Shown here: positions 39,366 to 50,303 of the stretch, in pieces
Layout of the letters: each line of letters opens with the position of its first letter
Position numbering within the stretch: the stretch's first letter is position 1
The notes under the pieces: generated by a model
Database searches by the model: none
Told to the model about the DNA's origin: nothing
Seen by the model: only the letters and a program-made list of their open reading frames with translations
NCBI GenBank assembly: GCA_039029395.1
Contig: JBCCGG010000001.1
Span: forward strand, 26,974-90,973
DNA: 64,000 nt
Origin: Pseudomonadota bacterium
GTDB lineage: Bacteria; Pseudomonadota; Alphaproteobacteria; Kiloniellales; JAKSDN01
Direction of reading: 5' to 3'
Made by a program: the position numbers and the translations under genes

Positions 39366-42041
39366 ATGCACCGGACCCTGATAAGACTCTTCTCGGCTCT
39401 TTTCGTGGCGGTTTTACTGCTGGCCGGCATTTACTACGGCTACTTGACGTGGCAACTGCAGCCCAAGGCCCCGCCACCACAGATCCTGGCCGCCGAGCGG
39501 GCCTTGGCGGAGGCGGACACGGTGGCGCTGCTGCATATCGACATCGCGGCCGCCGTTCGCGCCGAGCAGATCTTTCTGGGCGAGGCTGACCGCCAAGCCT
39601 TGCGCGGCCCCCTACCGGGCGCCAATCCCGTGGTCGCAAAGCTGGCCGCCGCCGGTGTCGATCTGCGCCAATCTCTCGAGCAGCTGGTTGCCGGCGTCTC
39701 CTTGTCGGGCCGGGACGTTACCTGGGCGACCATCCTGACCGGCCGCTTTCCGGTTGAAGAGATCCGTGCGGTGCTGATGCAGGACAGCTTGACTCAGGTG
39801 GGCGAGGGGGGCGTCCTGCTGATTTCCAGCGAGGACTTGGAGACCTGCGAAATCTCGGCGCCCATCGCGGTTTTTCTCTCGCCCAAGCAGGTGATATTCG
39901 GCAACCCAGCGAAGGTCGCCCGGGCGATCGACCGCTTGGCCGCCGATGCGCCGCCGGATCTCGCGCTGGCGGCCTGGCGAGACTATCGTCGGGCCCGCTT
40001 GCTCAGCTTGGCGCTCGTGGTCCCTCCGATGGCGATTGGCCAACGGCTCGACGACCCCGCCGCCCGTTTCGCCACGCAATCGGCCAATGGAACGCTGGAC
40101 CCCGTCGAGCGCCTCTATCTCGGTGCTCGGGTCGGCACCCTGCCGCCGCGGCTCCAGTTGGACGTCCGGCTCGAGGCCAGCGGAAGTATCTGGCCCGCCC
40201 AGATGGCCGAGGCCTATGAGGCCTGGCGAGCCGCCTTCACAGCCCAAGTGGAGCGCCGACTGCCGGCTCTGGCTCGGCTGCAAGGCCATGCCACGGTCGC
40301 AGCCGATGGCGACAGCCTCGTGGTCGAAACCACGCTCAACAAAGGTTTCTTGAACGATCTTACCGAGGTGCCGGGCGAGTTGCTCCGATTGGCTTTTTCC
40401 GGCCTCAGCGCGGACGACTCTGCGACCACTCGGCCGGTCGCCGAGGAGCGTACTCTGGCGCCGACCCAGATTGCCACCTATAGCACGGACCTGCGCTCTG
40501 CCGATCTCAAGCCATTTGACCCGACTCTCGATCAAACCTTTAAGGCACAAACGGAGACTGGGCCCTTCGGACTGCGCATCAAGGCCTTGCGCCTGGTGGA
40601 GCCGCCAAACCCAGCGGTTCAGCTCGAACTCGAGGTGGCGAGCAGCGAAATCGCCAACTTGGAGCTCGACGCAATGCATCGGGGCGAGAGCGAGGCGCGG
40701 GCGCAGGTTTACATTTATCAAGTACGCGACCGGGATGGCGCGAACCTGCTGCGCGAGGAGCGCTGTGGGCCGGACCGCAACAGCTTGGGCGGCGTGCTCG
40801 AGGCGGCCAGCAAGCAGGTCTATCGCGACGAGATCTTCGTTCCTGTTTCGGTGGTCGAAGGCGTCAAAAGCGTGCGCCTCAAGCCCGGCACCCTGACGGC
40901 CGACATCGCTCAGGTCGAGGGCATGATCGAGCTGCGTCTGGCAACCCGTATCGAAACCTTACGTGTGTCGGCGCCATTTGCCGGCAAGGCGATCGAACGC
41001 GCCGGGGTTAGGATCAAGTTCACCGAGGCTGAGCCTGGCCAGGTCAAGTACGATATCAGCGGCAAGACAGACCGGGTGCTCGCCGTTCGAGCCAAGAACC
41101 AACAAGGGGCCTATCTGGCGCCGGCAGGGTCCTATGCGACCGGCCGATTGCTAGGGGCCGGCAAGACCGTGGGACGCGACTATCAGGGTACCCCGGCCGA
41201 GCTTGAGGTGATCCTTGCAAGCGGCGTGTCCATTCTACAATATCCTTTTACTTTGAGTTATGTAATGCCAGAATTTAATGCATGGGATTATCCAAAGTCA
41301 GCGACGGTCAGGGCCGGCAATCGGGCGGCCTTCGCCGCCCAAGCTAAGCCGCCGGCCAAGGACGAAGACTGCCAAGGAAGCGCTTCCGCGGGCCAGCTGG
41401 CGCCCTTCTGGCTGTGCCTCGACCTGCAAACCTTCTGGGGCGAGAACGTTGGCGCCTCGGGCCGTGTGCTTGCGCCCGCCAGCCCCCTTCTTGAGGGCAA
41501 CCTTTCGGCGCTCGAGCTTACGGTTGACGAGGTGAGCCCAGCTGGCGAGGAGGAGGCCTGGACGGTCGCGTTCGCGTCGTTCCTCGATCTCGCCCCCCAT
41601 GGCGACCAGCTCGCCGGTAGGGTCAACGGTCAGGTCGCGGTTCCCGAGCTGGCAAGCTTGGCCGAACCGCGTTTCGATCAGGTCGCCGGACGCGTAATCC
41701 TTCGCCTGCCCAAGCGGCTCAGCCGGCTGACTCTCGATGTCTCGGAGCTCGGCAACAGTATTCGACGGGACGACGGTCGGGCGGCCACTCTGATCGCCTA
41801 TGACGATGGCGGACTGGAGCTGGAGGTGATCGGTCCGAGGGATCGCCTGGTCCAGTTCATCCCGCGTGACCGGCAAGGCCAGGCCATGGCGACCAACAAT
41901 GTGCGCGTGACGCCGGGTGAAACGCACGACCACTGGCTCGCCTCGCTGCGCACCTCGGGTCGGCCCGCCACACTCGACGTGGTCTTTGCCGAAGCTCAAG
42001 ACGAGCAGGTTTACGACTATCGTCTTGAGCTTTCGGAGTAA
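39366..42041 (+). CDS. large (about 892 aa) membrane-anchored protein of unknown function, periplasmic
   Basis: It starts MHRTLIRLFSALFVAVLLLAGIYYGYL and has one N-terminal TM helix. A GAGGGATAAAGGTGG ribosome-binding site sits 8 nt after the thiE stop. Coding composition holds throughout. No catalytic motif was recognised. Confidence 0.5.
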   Translation: MHRTLIRLFSALFVAVLLLAGIYYGYLTWQLQPKAPPPQILAAERALAEADTVALLHIDIAAAVRAEQIFLGEADRQALRGPLPGANPVVAKLAAAGVDLRQSLEQLVAGVSLSGRDVTWATILTGRFPVEEIRAVLMQDSLTQVGEGGVLLISSEDLETCEISAPIAVFLSPKQVIFGNPAKVARAIDRLAADAPPDLALAAWRDYRRARLLSLALVVPPMAIGQRLDDPAARFATQSANGTLDPVERLYLGARVGTLPPRLQLDVRLEASGSIWPAQMAEAYEAWRAAFTAQVERRLPALARLQGHATVAADGDSLVVETTLNKGFLNDLTEVPGELLRLAFSGLSADDSATTRPVAEERTLAPTQIATYSTDLRSADLKPFDPTLDQTFKAQTETGPFGLRIKALRLVEPPNPAVQLELEVASSEIANLELDAMHRGESEARAQVYIYQVRDRDGANLLREERCGPDRNSLGGVLEAASKQVYRDEIFVPVSVVEGVKSVRLKPGTLTADIAQVEGMIELRLATRIETLRVSAPFAGKAIERAGVRIKFTEAEPGQVKYDISGKTDRVLAVRAKNQQGAYLAPAGSYATGRLLGAGKTVGRDYQGTPAELEVILASGVSILQYPFTLSYVMPEFNAWDYPKSATVRAGNRAAFAAQAKPPAKDEDCQGSASAGQLAPFWLCLDLQTFWGENVGASGRVLAPASPLLEGNLSALELTVDEVSPAGEEEAWTVAFASFLDLAPHGDQLAGRVNGQVAVPELASLAEPRFDQVAGRVILRLPKRLSRLTLDVSELGNSIRRDDGRAATLIAYDDGGLELEVIGPRDRLVQFIPRDRQGQAMATNNVRVTPGETHDHWLASLRTSGRPATLDVVFAEAQDEQVYDYRLELSE

Positions 42042-42195
42042 TCTGAAAAGTATCCCATTTAACAGTCGCTTAAGAGAAAATCCTGTACACCGGGTAGGGC
42101 CTTCGTTCGGGCGAAAATCGGTTGCTTTCAGGGCGCGGAAACGCTATCTGGCGCAGCCGTCTTGAGGCCCGCTCCACAATTCAAAAAAGAGTGCC

Positions 42196-42993
42196 ATGAA
42201 ACGACTGGACGAACTGGAAGCGCAGTCGATCTACATCCTGCGCGAGGCCTACCAAGGCATCGCCCCGCTTGCCATGCTGTGGTCGCTCGGCAAGGACTCG
42301 AACGTCATGGTGTGGTTGGCCAAGAAGGCCTTCTTCGGGCGCGTGCCTTTCCCCGTGATGCATGTGGACACCGGCAAGAAGTTTCCCGAAATGTATGACT
42401 TCCGGGAACGCTATGCCGCCGAGTGGGAGCTCGACCTGATCACCTACGATTGCCCGCCGGCAGAGGCGGTCGACGACGATCAGCTCGGCCCGGCAGCGCG
42501 TTCGGCGGCGCGCAAGACCCTGGGCTTGAAGGCCGCGATCGAAGCCGAGGGCCTGCGGGGCATCATCGCCGGCATCCGCCGGGACGAGCAGGCGATCCGC
42601 GCCAAGGAGCGCGTGTTCAGCCCGCGCCACGCCTCCGGCCAGTGGGACTTCCGCGAGCAGCCGCCGGAGTTCTGGGACCAGTTCAAGACCGATTTCCCGC
42701 CGGGCACCCACGTGCGCATCCACCCTTTGCTGCACTGGACCGAGATAGACATCTGGCACTACATCCGGCGCGAATCGATCCCCATCGTGCCGCTGTACTT
42801 CGCCCGCAACGGACAACGTTACCGTTCCCTCGGCGACCAGGACATCACTGCCCCGGTTGAGTCCGAGGCCGCCACACTGGACCAGATCATCGCCGAGCTG
42901 GAGCAGACCACCACATCGGAGCGCGCCGGCCGCGCCATGGACCACGAGCGCGAGGACTCCTTCGAGCGCCTGCGCAGCGAAGGCTACATGTAA
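42196..42993 (+). CDS. cysD: sulfate adenylyltransferase subunit 2
   Basis: The PAPS-reductase-like fold has [11 protein letters not shown] and [12 protein letters not shown]. Confidence 0.9.
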   Translation: MKRLDELEAQSIYILREAYQGIAPLAMLWSLGKDSNVMVWLAKKAFFGRVPFPVMHVDTGKKFPEMYDFRERYAAEWELDLITYDCPPAEAVDDDQLGPAARSAARKTLGLKAAIEAEGLRGIIAGIRRDEQAIRAKERVFSPRHASGQWDFREQPPEFWDQFKTDFPPGTHVRIHPLLHWTEIDIWHYIRRESIPIVPLYFARNGQRYRSLGDQDITAPVESEAATLDQIIAELEQTTTSERAGRAMDHEREDSFERLRSEGYM

Positions 42994-42994
42994 G

Positions 42995-44929
42995 ATGCCC
43001 AACGACCAGATCCCGCCCCAGGGCCAAGAGGCCCGCGCCGTCCAGCCGCTCATGAAGATCGTGGTGGTCGGCCATGTCGACCACGGCAAGTCGACCATGA
43101 TTGGCCGTCTGCTCTACGACACCGATTCCCTGCCGCCAGGCAAGGAGGCGGAGTTGCGCGCGATCTCGGCCAAGCGCGGGGTCGCGGTCGAATGGTCTTT
43201 CGTGCTCGACGCCTTTCAAGCCGAGCGCGACCAGGCGGTGACTATCGATACCACGCAGATCTGGTTCAAGACCGCCAAGCGCGACTACGTGATCATCGAC
43301 GCGCCGGGTCACCGGGAGTTCTTGCGCAATATGGTCAGCGGCGCGGCCAGCGCCGATGCCGCGATCCTGGTGGTCGACGCGCTCGAGGGTTTGCGCGAAC
43401 AAACTCGGCGCCATGGTTATCTGCTGCACCTGCTCGGCATCCGCCAGGTCGCGGTCGCAGTCAACAAGATGGACCTGGTCGATTTCGATGACGGCCGGTT
43501 CGACGAGATCAGCCGGGACATCACCCAGTACCTTGGCGAACTCGGCATTCAGCCGGCCTTCATCGTGCCGATCTCGGCACGCGAGGGCGACAACATCGCA
43601 AGTCGTTCCGAGCGCAGCCCCTGGTACGCCGGACCGCCGCTGCTGAACGCGCTGGACCGCTTCCAGGCCGTCGGCCTGCCGAGCGATCAGCCGCTGCGCC
43701 TGCCGATTCAGGACGTCTATAAGTTCGACCAACGGCGCATCTTGGCCGGGCGCATCGAGTCCGGCGTGCTGCGGGTTGGCGACCGCCTCCTGTTTTCGCC
43801 GTCCAACAAGGTGGTGCGAGTTAAGTCGATCGAGGCCTGGAACGTGGATCCGGCGCCGGTCGCTGCGGTCGCCGGCGAGTCGGTCGGCATCACGCTCGAG
43901 GACCAGATCTTCGTCGAGCGTGGCGAGGTGGCGAGCCACCTGGCGACGCCGCCTCAGCTCACCACGGTGTTCCGCGCCACCCTGTTCTGGCTTGGCGAAG
44001 AGCCGCTTGCGGTCGGCAAGAGCTACAAGATCAAACTGGCGACCCAGGAGGCCCGGGTCACGGTGCAGTCGATCGAGCGGGTCATCAACACCGATAGCCT
44101 GGCCGGGCGCGACGGCGCGGAGGTTCAGCGCAACGAGGTTGCCGAGGTGGTGCTGCGCTCTAAGCGGGTGCTCTCCCTGGACGAGTCTCGCTCGCTCGCG
44201 CGCACCGGACGTCTGGTGGTGATCGACGGCTACGACACGGTGGCTGGCGGGGTGATCTCCATGGAGGGCTATCCCGACCAGCGGCAGAGCCTGACCGTCA
44301 AGTCGAGCAACCTGACTGCGGTCGAGCATCAGCTGACCGCCGAGCACCGCTTTGAGCGCAACGGCCATGCCGGCGGCGTCTTATGGCTGACCGGTCTATC
44401 GGGCTCCGGCAAATCGACCCTGGCCATGGCGGTGGAGCAGCGACTCTTCGCCAAGGGCTATCACGTCTACGTCCTGGACGGCGACAACGTGCGCGGCGGC
44501 CTCAACGCCAACCTAGGCTTCTCGCCCGAGGACCGGGCCGAGAACATCCGCCGGGTCAGCGAGGTGGCGGCGCTCTTCGCGGATGCCGGCATGGTTTGCA
44601 TCACGGCGTTCATCTCGCCCTACCGCTCGGACCGGGACCGCGCCCGGTCGGCGGCCAAGAGCGGCTTTCACGAGATTCACGTGGATGCCGACCTCTCGAC
44701 CTGCGAAGGGCGCGACCCGAAAGGCCTCTATCGCCGGGCCCGCGCGGGAGAAATACCGGAATTCACTGGTATTTCAGCACCTTACGAACCCCCCTTGGCG
44801 CCCGAGCTGCGCGTGGACACGGCTGAATTGTCGGTCGAAGAAGGCGTTCAAGAAATCGTCGACTATGTGGAACGCACCTTCACCAGCCACGCCCAGCGCG
44901 CCTTAGAGGACGTCACGGCGGAGGCTTGA
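42995..44929 (+). CDS. cysNC: bifunctional sulfate adenylyltransferase subunit 1 / adenylylsulfate kinase
   Basis: The N-terminal part is a GTPase ([20 protein letters not shown]). The C-terminal part is an APS kinase with the P-loop [13 protein letters not shown]. Confidence 0.9.
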   Translation: MPNDQIPPQGQEARAVQPLMKIVVVGHVDHGKSTMIGRLLYDTDSLPPGKEAELRAISAKRGVAVEWSFVLDAFQAERDQAVTIDTTQIWFKTAKRDYVIIDAPGHREFLRNMVSGAASADAAILVVDALEGLREQTRRHGYLLHLLGIRQVAVAVNKMDLVDFDDGRFDEISRDITQYLGELGIQPAFIVPISAREGDNIASRSERSPWYAGPPLLNALDRFQAVGLPSDQPLRLPIQDVYKFDQRRILAGRIESGVLRVGDRLLFSPSNKVVRVKSIEAWNVDPAPVAAVAGESVGITLEDQIFVERGEVASHLATPPQLTTVFRATLFWLGEEPLAVGKSYKIKLATQEARVTVQSIERVINTDSLAGRDGAEVQRNEVAEVVLRSKRVLSLDESRSLARTGRLVVIDGYDTVAGGVISMEGYPDQRQSLTVKSSNLTAVEHQLTAEHRFERNGHAGGVLWLTGLSGSGKSTLAMAVEQRLFAKGYHVYVLDGDNVRGGLNANLGFSPEDRAENIRRVSEVAALFADAGMVCITAFISPYRSDRDRARSAAKSGFHEIHVDADLSTCEGRDPKGLYRRARAGEIPEFTGISAPYEPPLAPELRVDTAELSVEEGVQEIVDYVERTFTSHAQRALEDVTAEA

Positions 44930-45349
44930 CCGCGGGATACTTCGTTGTTTATAGTTAACATTAATAAAGATTACTAAAATGTTGATTTTAAATAAAAATT
45001 GACCTTAGTTTGAGATGAATTAAGGGTACTAATTCCTTGCCAATCGGTCAATCTCCAGGTAATCTTACCTGGACGTTAAGAAGAGGCGGCCATAGTCCTC
45101 ATACATCGAGGAGATGATGTTTGAGGTACCGATGCAACCGCTTCCAGATCAAGCAGGGGACCCAAACCACATAGTACCGGGTTGGGTAGACCTCGGTCGG
45201 GTTCGAAGGTCGAACAGGCAGGTTCGTCCGAACAGGAAGGCTGTTGCCCGGGTTCGGTCCCGCCGAGGTACAGGTTTCACCATGCTTGGTCACGGTCGGA
45301 GACCGCGCTTTTACAAGGTGCGGATGGGAGGCAGGGGAGGAGCCCGCTC

Positions 45350-46681
45350 ATGAGTGTAGGACAGTTCTGTCACCGCCTGGGTGAGATGGTTGACAAGGCC
45401 TTTGTCGAGCGCGAGTTGCTGTTGCGCTCGGAGGGCAAGGTCCACTACCTCCAGCTCACACGTGGCCGGCAGTTGGTGATCCTCGCGTGCTTGGGCGCGG
45501 CCTCGCTTTATGTCTCATTCAGCACCTTTGGTCTCCTCTCTCACGTGAATGGCGGCGCCACGGGGGCCGTCGCCACAACCCAGGAGCTCGCGGAGATTGA
45601 CCTCCTTGACCCAACCGCGAGCTCCCAGGCATACCGCCGATCGTCTTCGCCTCGTCAAATTTGGCACAGCCAGGATAGCGAGCCGACGATTCAGGCAACC
45701 CGGGCGCGCGGCGGCGTTGGTTCGCGGCCTACCATCGCCTCGCGCGATACTGCAGAGAGCAAGCTGCGTCGGCTTGGGGGCAACCCCGAGTCGCGCAGCG
45801 CCCGGGACAGCGAGGAAATGAGCGATTTCGAGCGCGGCGAGCGACTGGCGCAATCGGCCGCCAAGCTCGAGGTCGAGCTGGCCATGCTGCACGAGGCCTT
45901 GGTCAGTTCGAGCGGCAGCCTCGAGGAGGTGCGCCGTCAGCGGGACTTCCTACGCGCCCGGGTGACCGGGCTGGAACGCCGCATGAGCGAGATGAGCGAG
46001 ACTCAGGAAGAGGTTCTGGATCGACTGACCGAGCAAATCACCTATACGATCGAGACCTTCGAGCAAGTGCTCTCCATGACCGGCGTAAAACTTTCCGAGC
46101 TGGTCACCGACACAGGGCCGGAGCCGATAAGCTTGGCTCAAGGCGGTCCCTTCATTCCCGGCGACTTCCTCGCGGAAGATACGCCGGATCGCTCGTTCCA
46201 GGCGGCCGCTCTGTTGCTCGAGCTGCAGCTCGGGCGGTTCGAGGGCCTACAGCAGGCGATCCGTCGGGTGCCTCTGACCGCGCCCCTGGACCAGTACTCG
46301 ATTTCTAGCGGCTTTGGGCCACGCACCGATCCCATCAATGGCAAGAAAGCCCGCCACCTGGGCGTCGACCTGGACGCGCCCTCGGGCACCCCGATCTTGA
46401 GCACCGGGCCGGGCCGGGTGACCTTCGCCGGCTGGCGCGGGCGCTACGGGCGCATGGTCGAGATCGACCACGGCCAGGGTGTGGTGACCCGCTATGCCCA
46501 TCTGCGCAAGATCCTGGTCCAGGTCGATCAGGACGTGGTGCATCGCCAGAAGATCGGCCTTTTGGGCAACTCCGGGCGCAGCACCGGGCCGCACCTGCAC
46601 TATGAGGTGCGGGTCAACGACCGGCCCCGCAATCCCATGGGTTTCATCAAGGCCGGCAAGTACCTCTTCAAGGACGGCTGA
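45350..46681 (+). CDS. M23 family metallopeptidase with an N-terminal coiled coil (EnvC/DipM-like)
   Basis: The internal start MSVGQF follows a GGAGG ribosome-binding site. The C-terminal LytM domain has HLGVDLDAP...HGQG...GNSGRSTGPHLHYEV. Confidence 0.8.
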   Translation: MSVGQFCHRLGEMVDKAFVERELLLRSEGKVHYLQLTRGRQLVILACLGAASLYVSFSTFGLLSHVNGGATGAVATTQELAEIDLLDPTASSQAYRRSSSPRQIWHSQDSEPTIQATRARGGVGSRPTIASRDTAESKLRRLGGNPESRSARDSEEMSDFERGERLAQSAAKLEVELAMLHEALVSSSGSLEEVRRQRDFLRARVTGLERRMSEMSETQEEVLDRLTEQITYTIETFEQVLSMTGVKLSELVTDTGPEPISLAQGGPFIPGDFLAEDTPDRSFQAAALLLELQLGRFEGLQQAIRRVPLTAPLDQYSISSGFGPRTDPINGKKARHLGVDLDAPSGTPILSTGPGRVTFAGWRGRYGRMVEIDHGQGVVTRYAHLRKILVQVDQDVVHRQKIGLLGNSGRSTGPHLHYEVRVNDRPRNPMGFIKAGKYLFKDG

Positions 46682-46866
46682 GCCGGCCGCCCTGCGGGAT
46701 CATTGGGCCCTTTGGGTGCGCGAGGATGCTCACCAAAGTTCCGCGGTAATTAATCACGTTATGGTTCCAAGCTGAACGGCAAAGTTTCGCTGGAGGATCC
46801 AGACCACTCGTAGGTCTTCAGATCACCGTCATGGCGTGCGAGCTGACCTTGGGTTACGCTTGTGGG

Positions 46867-47571
46867 ATGGACGTTGACGTCATTCTCTTCGATGTTGGCG
46901 GCACGGTGTTCGATTGGCGCACGGCCGTGGTCGCTGGGGTCAAGAACCTGAACTCGCCAGCCTTTCGTGGGGCCGATCCTGAGGCATTCGCCGACCACTG
47001 GCGCCGCCAGTCCCTGATCGAGATCGAGGCAATTGCCGAGGGGTCGGCGCCGTGGCGGCCTTTCGATCCGATTCTCGAGAGTTCCCTGACCAGAACATTG
47101 AGCGATCTGAGCCTAAAGGTCATCGGCGAGCCAGAGCGGCGCGCACTCTTAACGGCCTGGGAGGAGATGCCCGTATGGCCCGGGGTGCCGGAGAGTCTCG
47201 CGCGCCTGCGCCGCCGATACTTTGTGGCGCCCCACACGATCCTGAGCCTACACACCGCCGCGTTCAGCTCGTGCCGCGCCGGCATCGCCTGGGACGCGAT
47301 CGTCACTTGCGATGCGCTAGGCGCCACCAAGCCCGCTCCGGAAAGCTACCTGCGCGCGCTGGCCGCGGTCGGCCGTCCGGCCGAACGGGTCTGCTTCGCC
47401 GCGGCACACCCGGGCGACCTTCGCGCGGCCCAAGCCCATGGCATGAGGACCGCCTACATCGTTGCCCGCTTGCACGACTACGGCGACGACTACGAGGACA
47501 CCGGCTTCGCCCATGAGTTCGATGTGGTCGCGGACGACTTCGCCCAGCTGGCGGAGCTGATGGGGGTGTGA
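46867..47571 (+). CDS. HAD-superfamily hydrolase
   Basis: ILFDVGGTVFDW is the HAD motif I (DxG). TCDALGATKP resembles motif III. Confidence 0.65.
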   Translation: MDVDVILFDVGGTVFDWRTAVVAGVKNLNSPAFRGADPEAFADHWRRQSLIEIEAIAEGSAPWRPFDPILESSLTRTLSDLSLKVIGEPERRALLTAWEEMPVWPGVPESLARLRRRYFVAPHTILSLHTAAFSSCRAGIAWDAIVTCDALGATKPAPESYLRALAAVGRPAERVCFAAAHPGDLRAAQAHGMRTAYIVARLHDYGDDYEDTGFAHEFDVVADDFAQLAELMGV

Positions 47572-47683
47572 GGCTATCGGGCGGATGAGTCTTCATAGAG
47601 CGCCATTTCTCATCGCTCGTCCCGGTCCAAGTCGGCTAGGGCGGCCCGCTCCGCGGCATCGACCAGCGCAGCAGTCAATTTCC

Positions 47684-48691
47684 TCATGCAATCGCGCGGG
47701 CGAAGGTCTCGGGATCCACGTTGCCGCCCGACAGCACCACGGCGACGGTTTTGCCGGCGACCTCCAGCTTACCGGACAAGAGCGCCGCCAAAGCGACCGC
47801 GCCGCCCGGTTCGACCACGAGCTTCAAGACCCGGAAAGCGTAGGCCATGGCCTTGGCGACCTCCTGGTCGTCGACCACCAGACCGCTGGTGATTAAGTGG
47901 CGGTTGACCTGGAAGGTGAGGGCGCCGGGCTTGGGTGACAACAGAGCATCGCAAAAGGATCTTGCCCCGGTTTCATTGGCCAAACGCTCGCCAGCGGCGA
48001 GCGAGCGCGCAGTATCGTCGAAGCCGGCCGGCTCCACCGTGTGGACTGCCGCGCAGGGCGCGAGCGCCGAGAGCGCGGTCGCTGAGCCGGCGGTCAAGCC
48101 CCCGCCGCCGCAGCAGATCAGCACCGCATCGAGGGTTGCACCTGCCGCCTCGGCCTGGCGCGCTATCTCCAGGCCGCAGGTGCCTTGGCCGGCGATGATG
48201 TCCGGATCGTCGTAAGGCCGTACCAGGGTGGCGCCGCGCTGGTCCGCGATTTCCGTCGCGCGCGCCTCGCGAGACTCCGAGGCGCGCTCATAGAGGACCA
48301 CCTCGGCGCCGTAGCCGCGGGTGTTCGCGATCTTGATCTCCGGCGCGTCGGCCGGCATCACGATAGTCGCCGGCACGCCGAGCAGCTGGGCCGCCGCGGC
48401 GACCCCTTGCGCGTGATTGCCCGAGGACTAGGCGACCACGCCGGCGGCCCGGCGCTCGGGACTAATCTGGCTGATCTTGTTGTAGGCGCCGCGGAACTTG
48501 AAGGAGCCGGTGCGCTGCAAGGGCTCGGGCTTGATCAACACCCGGGCCCCGGTTTCCAGCGCAAGCGCCGGCGGCTCGAGCAGGGGCGTCACCACCGCAT
48601 GGCCAGACAGGCGCTCAGAGGCCGCCTCGATGTCGGCCAAGCAGACGATGTCAGTGGGCGCGGTTTCGGTCGATTGCGGCAAGGAAGTCAT
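47684..48691 (-). pseudogene. PLP-dependent threonine/serine dehydratase interrupted by an in-frame TAG
   Basis: Two adjacent ORFs are in the same frame. The upstream one ends GSFKFRGAYNKI...GVVA. A TAG at 48428-48430 follows. The downstream one continues SSGNHAQGVAAAAQLLGVPATIVMP. Together they make one typical PLP fold-type II dehydratase. Confidence 0.6.
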
Positions 48692-49523
48692 CGATCGCCT
48701 CTTGCGAGATAGGTTCGTCAAGCGCCGGCGTGTGGCCGACGCCGGGCACGGTGACGCGGATCAGGTCAGGCTTGAGCTCGGCCATGCGCTGAAAGGTCGC
48801 CTCTGAGAGCACATCGGAGGTGGCGCCGCGCAGGGCCAGCACCGGCATTTCGCCGAGCGCCCGATAGAGCTGCCAGAGGTCCGTGCCGTTGGTTTGGTCG
48901 TCGGCGAAGGCGCGGGCCAGTGTGACGTCCCAGTCGAAGTGTAGACGGCCATCGGGGCCCTCCTTGTAGGTCGCCTCGGCGAAGCGGCGCCACTGGTCGT
49001 CGGTCTCGAAGCCGAGCTGGCTGAACAGGCCCTTCAGCTCGGCGACCGCACTCGGCCAATCGGGCTGGGGGCGGTCCTGGCCGATGTAGTCGCGGATCCT
49101 GGCCTTGCCGTCGCCCTGCACTTCGGGGCCGACGTCGTTCAGGATGACCCCGGCCAGGACGCTCGGCTGAAACGCGGCCAGGCCCATGGCGAGAAGGCCG
49201 CCGAAGGAGGTGCCCAAGATCACCAGCGGGTGCAGGTTGAGCGCGGTCACCACGGCGATCACGTCGCGCAGGCTGACCTCCGGGCGGTAGTCTCGCCAGT
49301 CGGCGGCGTGATCCGAGCGGCCGCGCCCTCGGTAATCCAGGCAGACCACCCGCCGTTCCGGCGCCAGGCGCTCCGCCAGAGCGGCGTAGTCCTTGGCGTT
49401 GCGGGTGAGACCGGCCAAGCACAGCATCGGGGTGCCTGGCGCCAGGGGGTCGCCGTAGTCGCTGACCGCCAGGCGGCTGCCGTCCTCGGCGGCGATCCAA
49501 CGCTCCCGATAGGCCGCGCTCAC
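48651..49523 (-). CDS. alpha/beta-fold hydrolase
   Basis: GTSFGG is the nucleophile elbow (GxSxG). The length and the C-terminal His region fit an alpha/beta hydrolase. Confidence 0.75.
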   Translation of the reverse strand: MSAAYRERWIAAEDGSRLAVSDYGDPLAPGTPMLCLAGLTRNAKDYAALAERLAPERRVVCLDYRGRGRSDHAADWRDYRPEVSLRDVIAVVTALNLHPLVILGTSFGGLLAMGLAAFQPSVLAGVILNDVGPEVQGDGKARIRDYIGQDRPQPDWPSAVAELKGLFSQLGFETDDQWRRFAEATYKEGPDGRLHFDWDVTLARAFADDQTNGTDLWQLYRALGEMPVLALRGATSDVLSEATFQRMAELKPDLIRVTVPGVGHTPALDEPISQEAIDDFLAAIDRNRAH

Positions 49524-49527
49524 TTGG

Positions 49528-50214
49528 CTAGAGACCCAGCAGGTCGGGCAGCGCGTCGAGCGAGGTCATGATGGTGGCCAGTTCGCCAGGCAACTTTTCC
49601 GGAATCTTATCGAAGCGGTTTAGCCAGGCGACCCGAAAGCCGAAGTTGGCCGCGCCCGAGGCGTCCCAGGCATTGGTCGAGACGAAGCAAACGCGGGCCG
49701 CCTCGACCGACATCTCGTCGCAGGTCAGCTGATAGATCCGGTTATCGGGCTTGTAGACGCCGACCGATTCGACCGACAGCACGGCATCCAAGTGATCGCT
49801 TAGGCCGGCCGAAGAGACCGCGGCGTCGAGCATCTTGGGCGTTCCGTTGGAGAGAACGCCGGTCGCCTTGCCACCGGCGCGCAAGCGCTCGAGACAGGCG
49901 ACCACGTCGGGGTAGGCGTCCAAGGTCATGTAGAGGTCCATCAAACGGTCGCGCAAGGCTGGGTCGTCGACCCCATTGGCCTCAAGCGCGTAGTCCAGGC
50001 CATCGCCGGTGACCTGCCAGAAGTCCGCGTGCGCGCCCATCATCGAGCGCAGCCAGGTGTACTCCAGCTGCTTCTGGCGCCACAGGTCCGAGACCGCCTG
50101 GGCCTTGTCGCCGAGCGCCTGGCCACCACGCCCGACCGCCGAATGGACGTTGAACAGGGTGCCGTAGGCGTCGAATACGCAGGCGTCGATCTCCTTGAAG
50201 GCCGGATGGCTCAT
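49528..50214 (-). CDS. haloacid dehalogenase type II (HAD family)
   Basis: ACVFDAYGTLFNV is the nucleophile DxYGT motif of L-2-haloacid dehalogenases. SNGTPKM resembles motif II. Confidence 0.75.
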   Translation of the reverse strand: MSHPAFKEIDACVFDAYGTLFNVHSAVGRGGQALGDKAQAVSDLWRQKQLEYTWLRSMMGAHADFWQVTGDGLDYALEANGVDDPALRDRLMDLYMTLDAYPDVVACLERLRAGGKATGVLSNGTPKMLDAAVSSAGLSDHLDAVLSVESVGVYKPDNRIYQLTCDEMSVEAARVCFVSTNAWDASGAANFGFRVAWLNRFDKIPEKLPGELATIMTSLDALPDLLGL

Positions 50215-50303
50215 GAGCTTCTGCTCCGGTGGTTTCCTCTCCCGCATGACAAGCAAGCGCGTCCCGGCGCGGAAGGCAAGGGGATATGCCTAGGAGTAGT
50301 GCC

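Noticed and set aside
42887-44368. A 493-aa minus-strand ORF
   Set aside because: It is antisense to cysNC and has no motifs.
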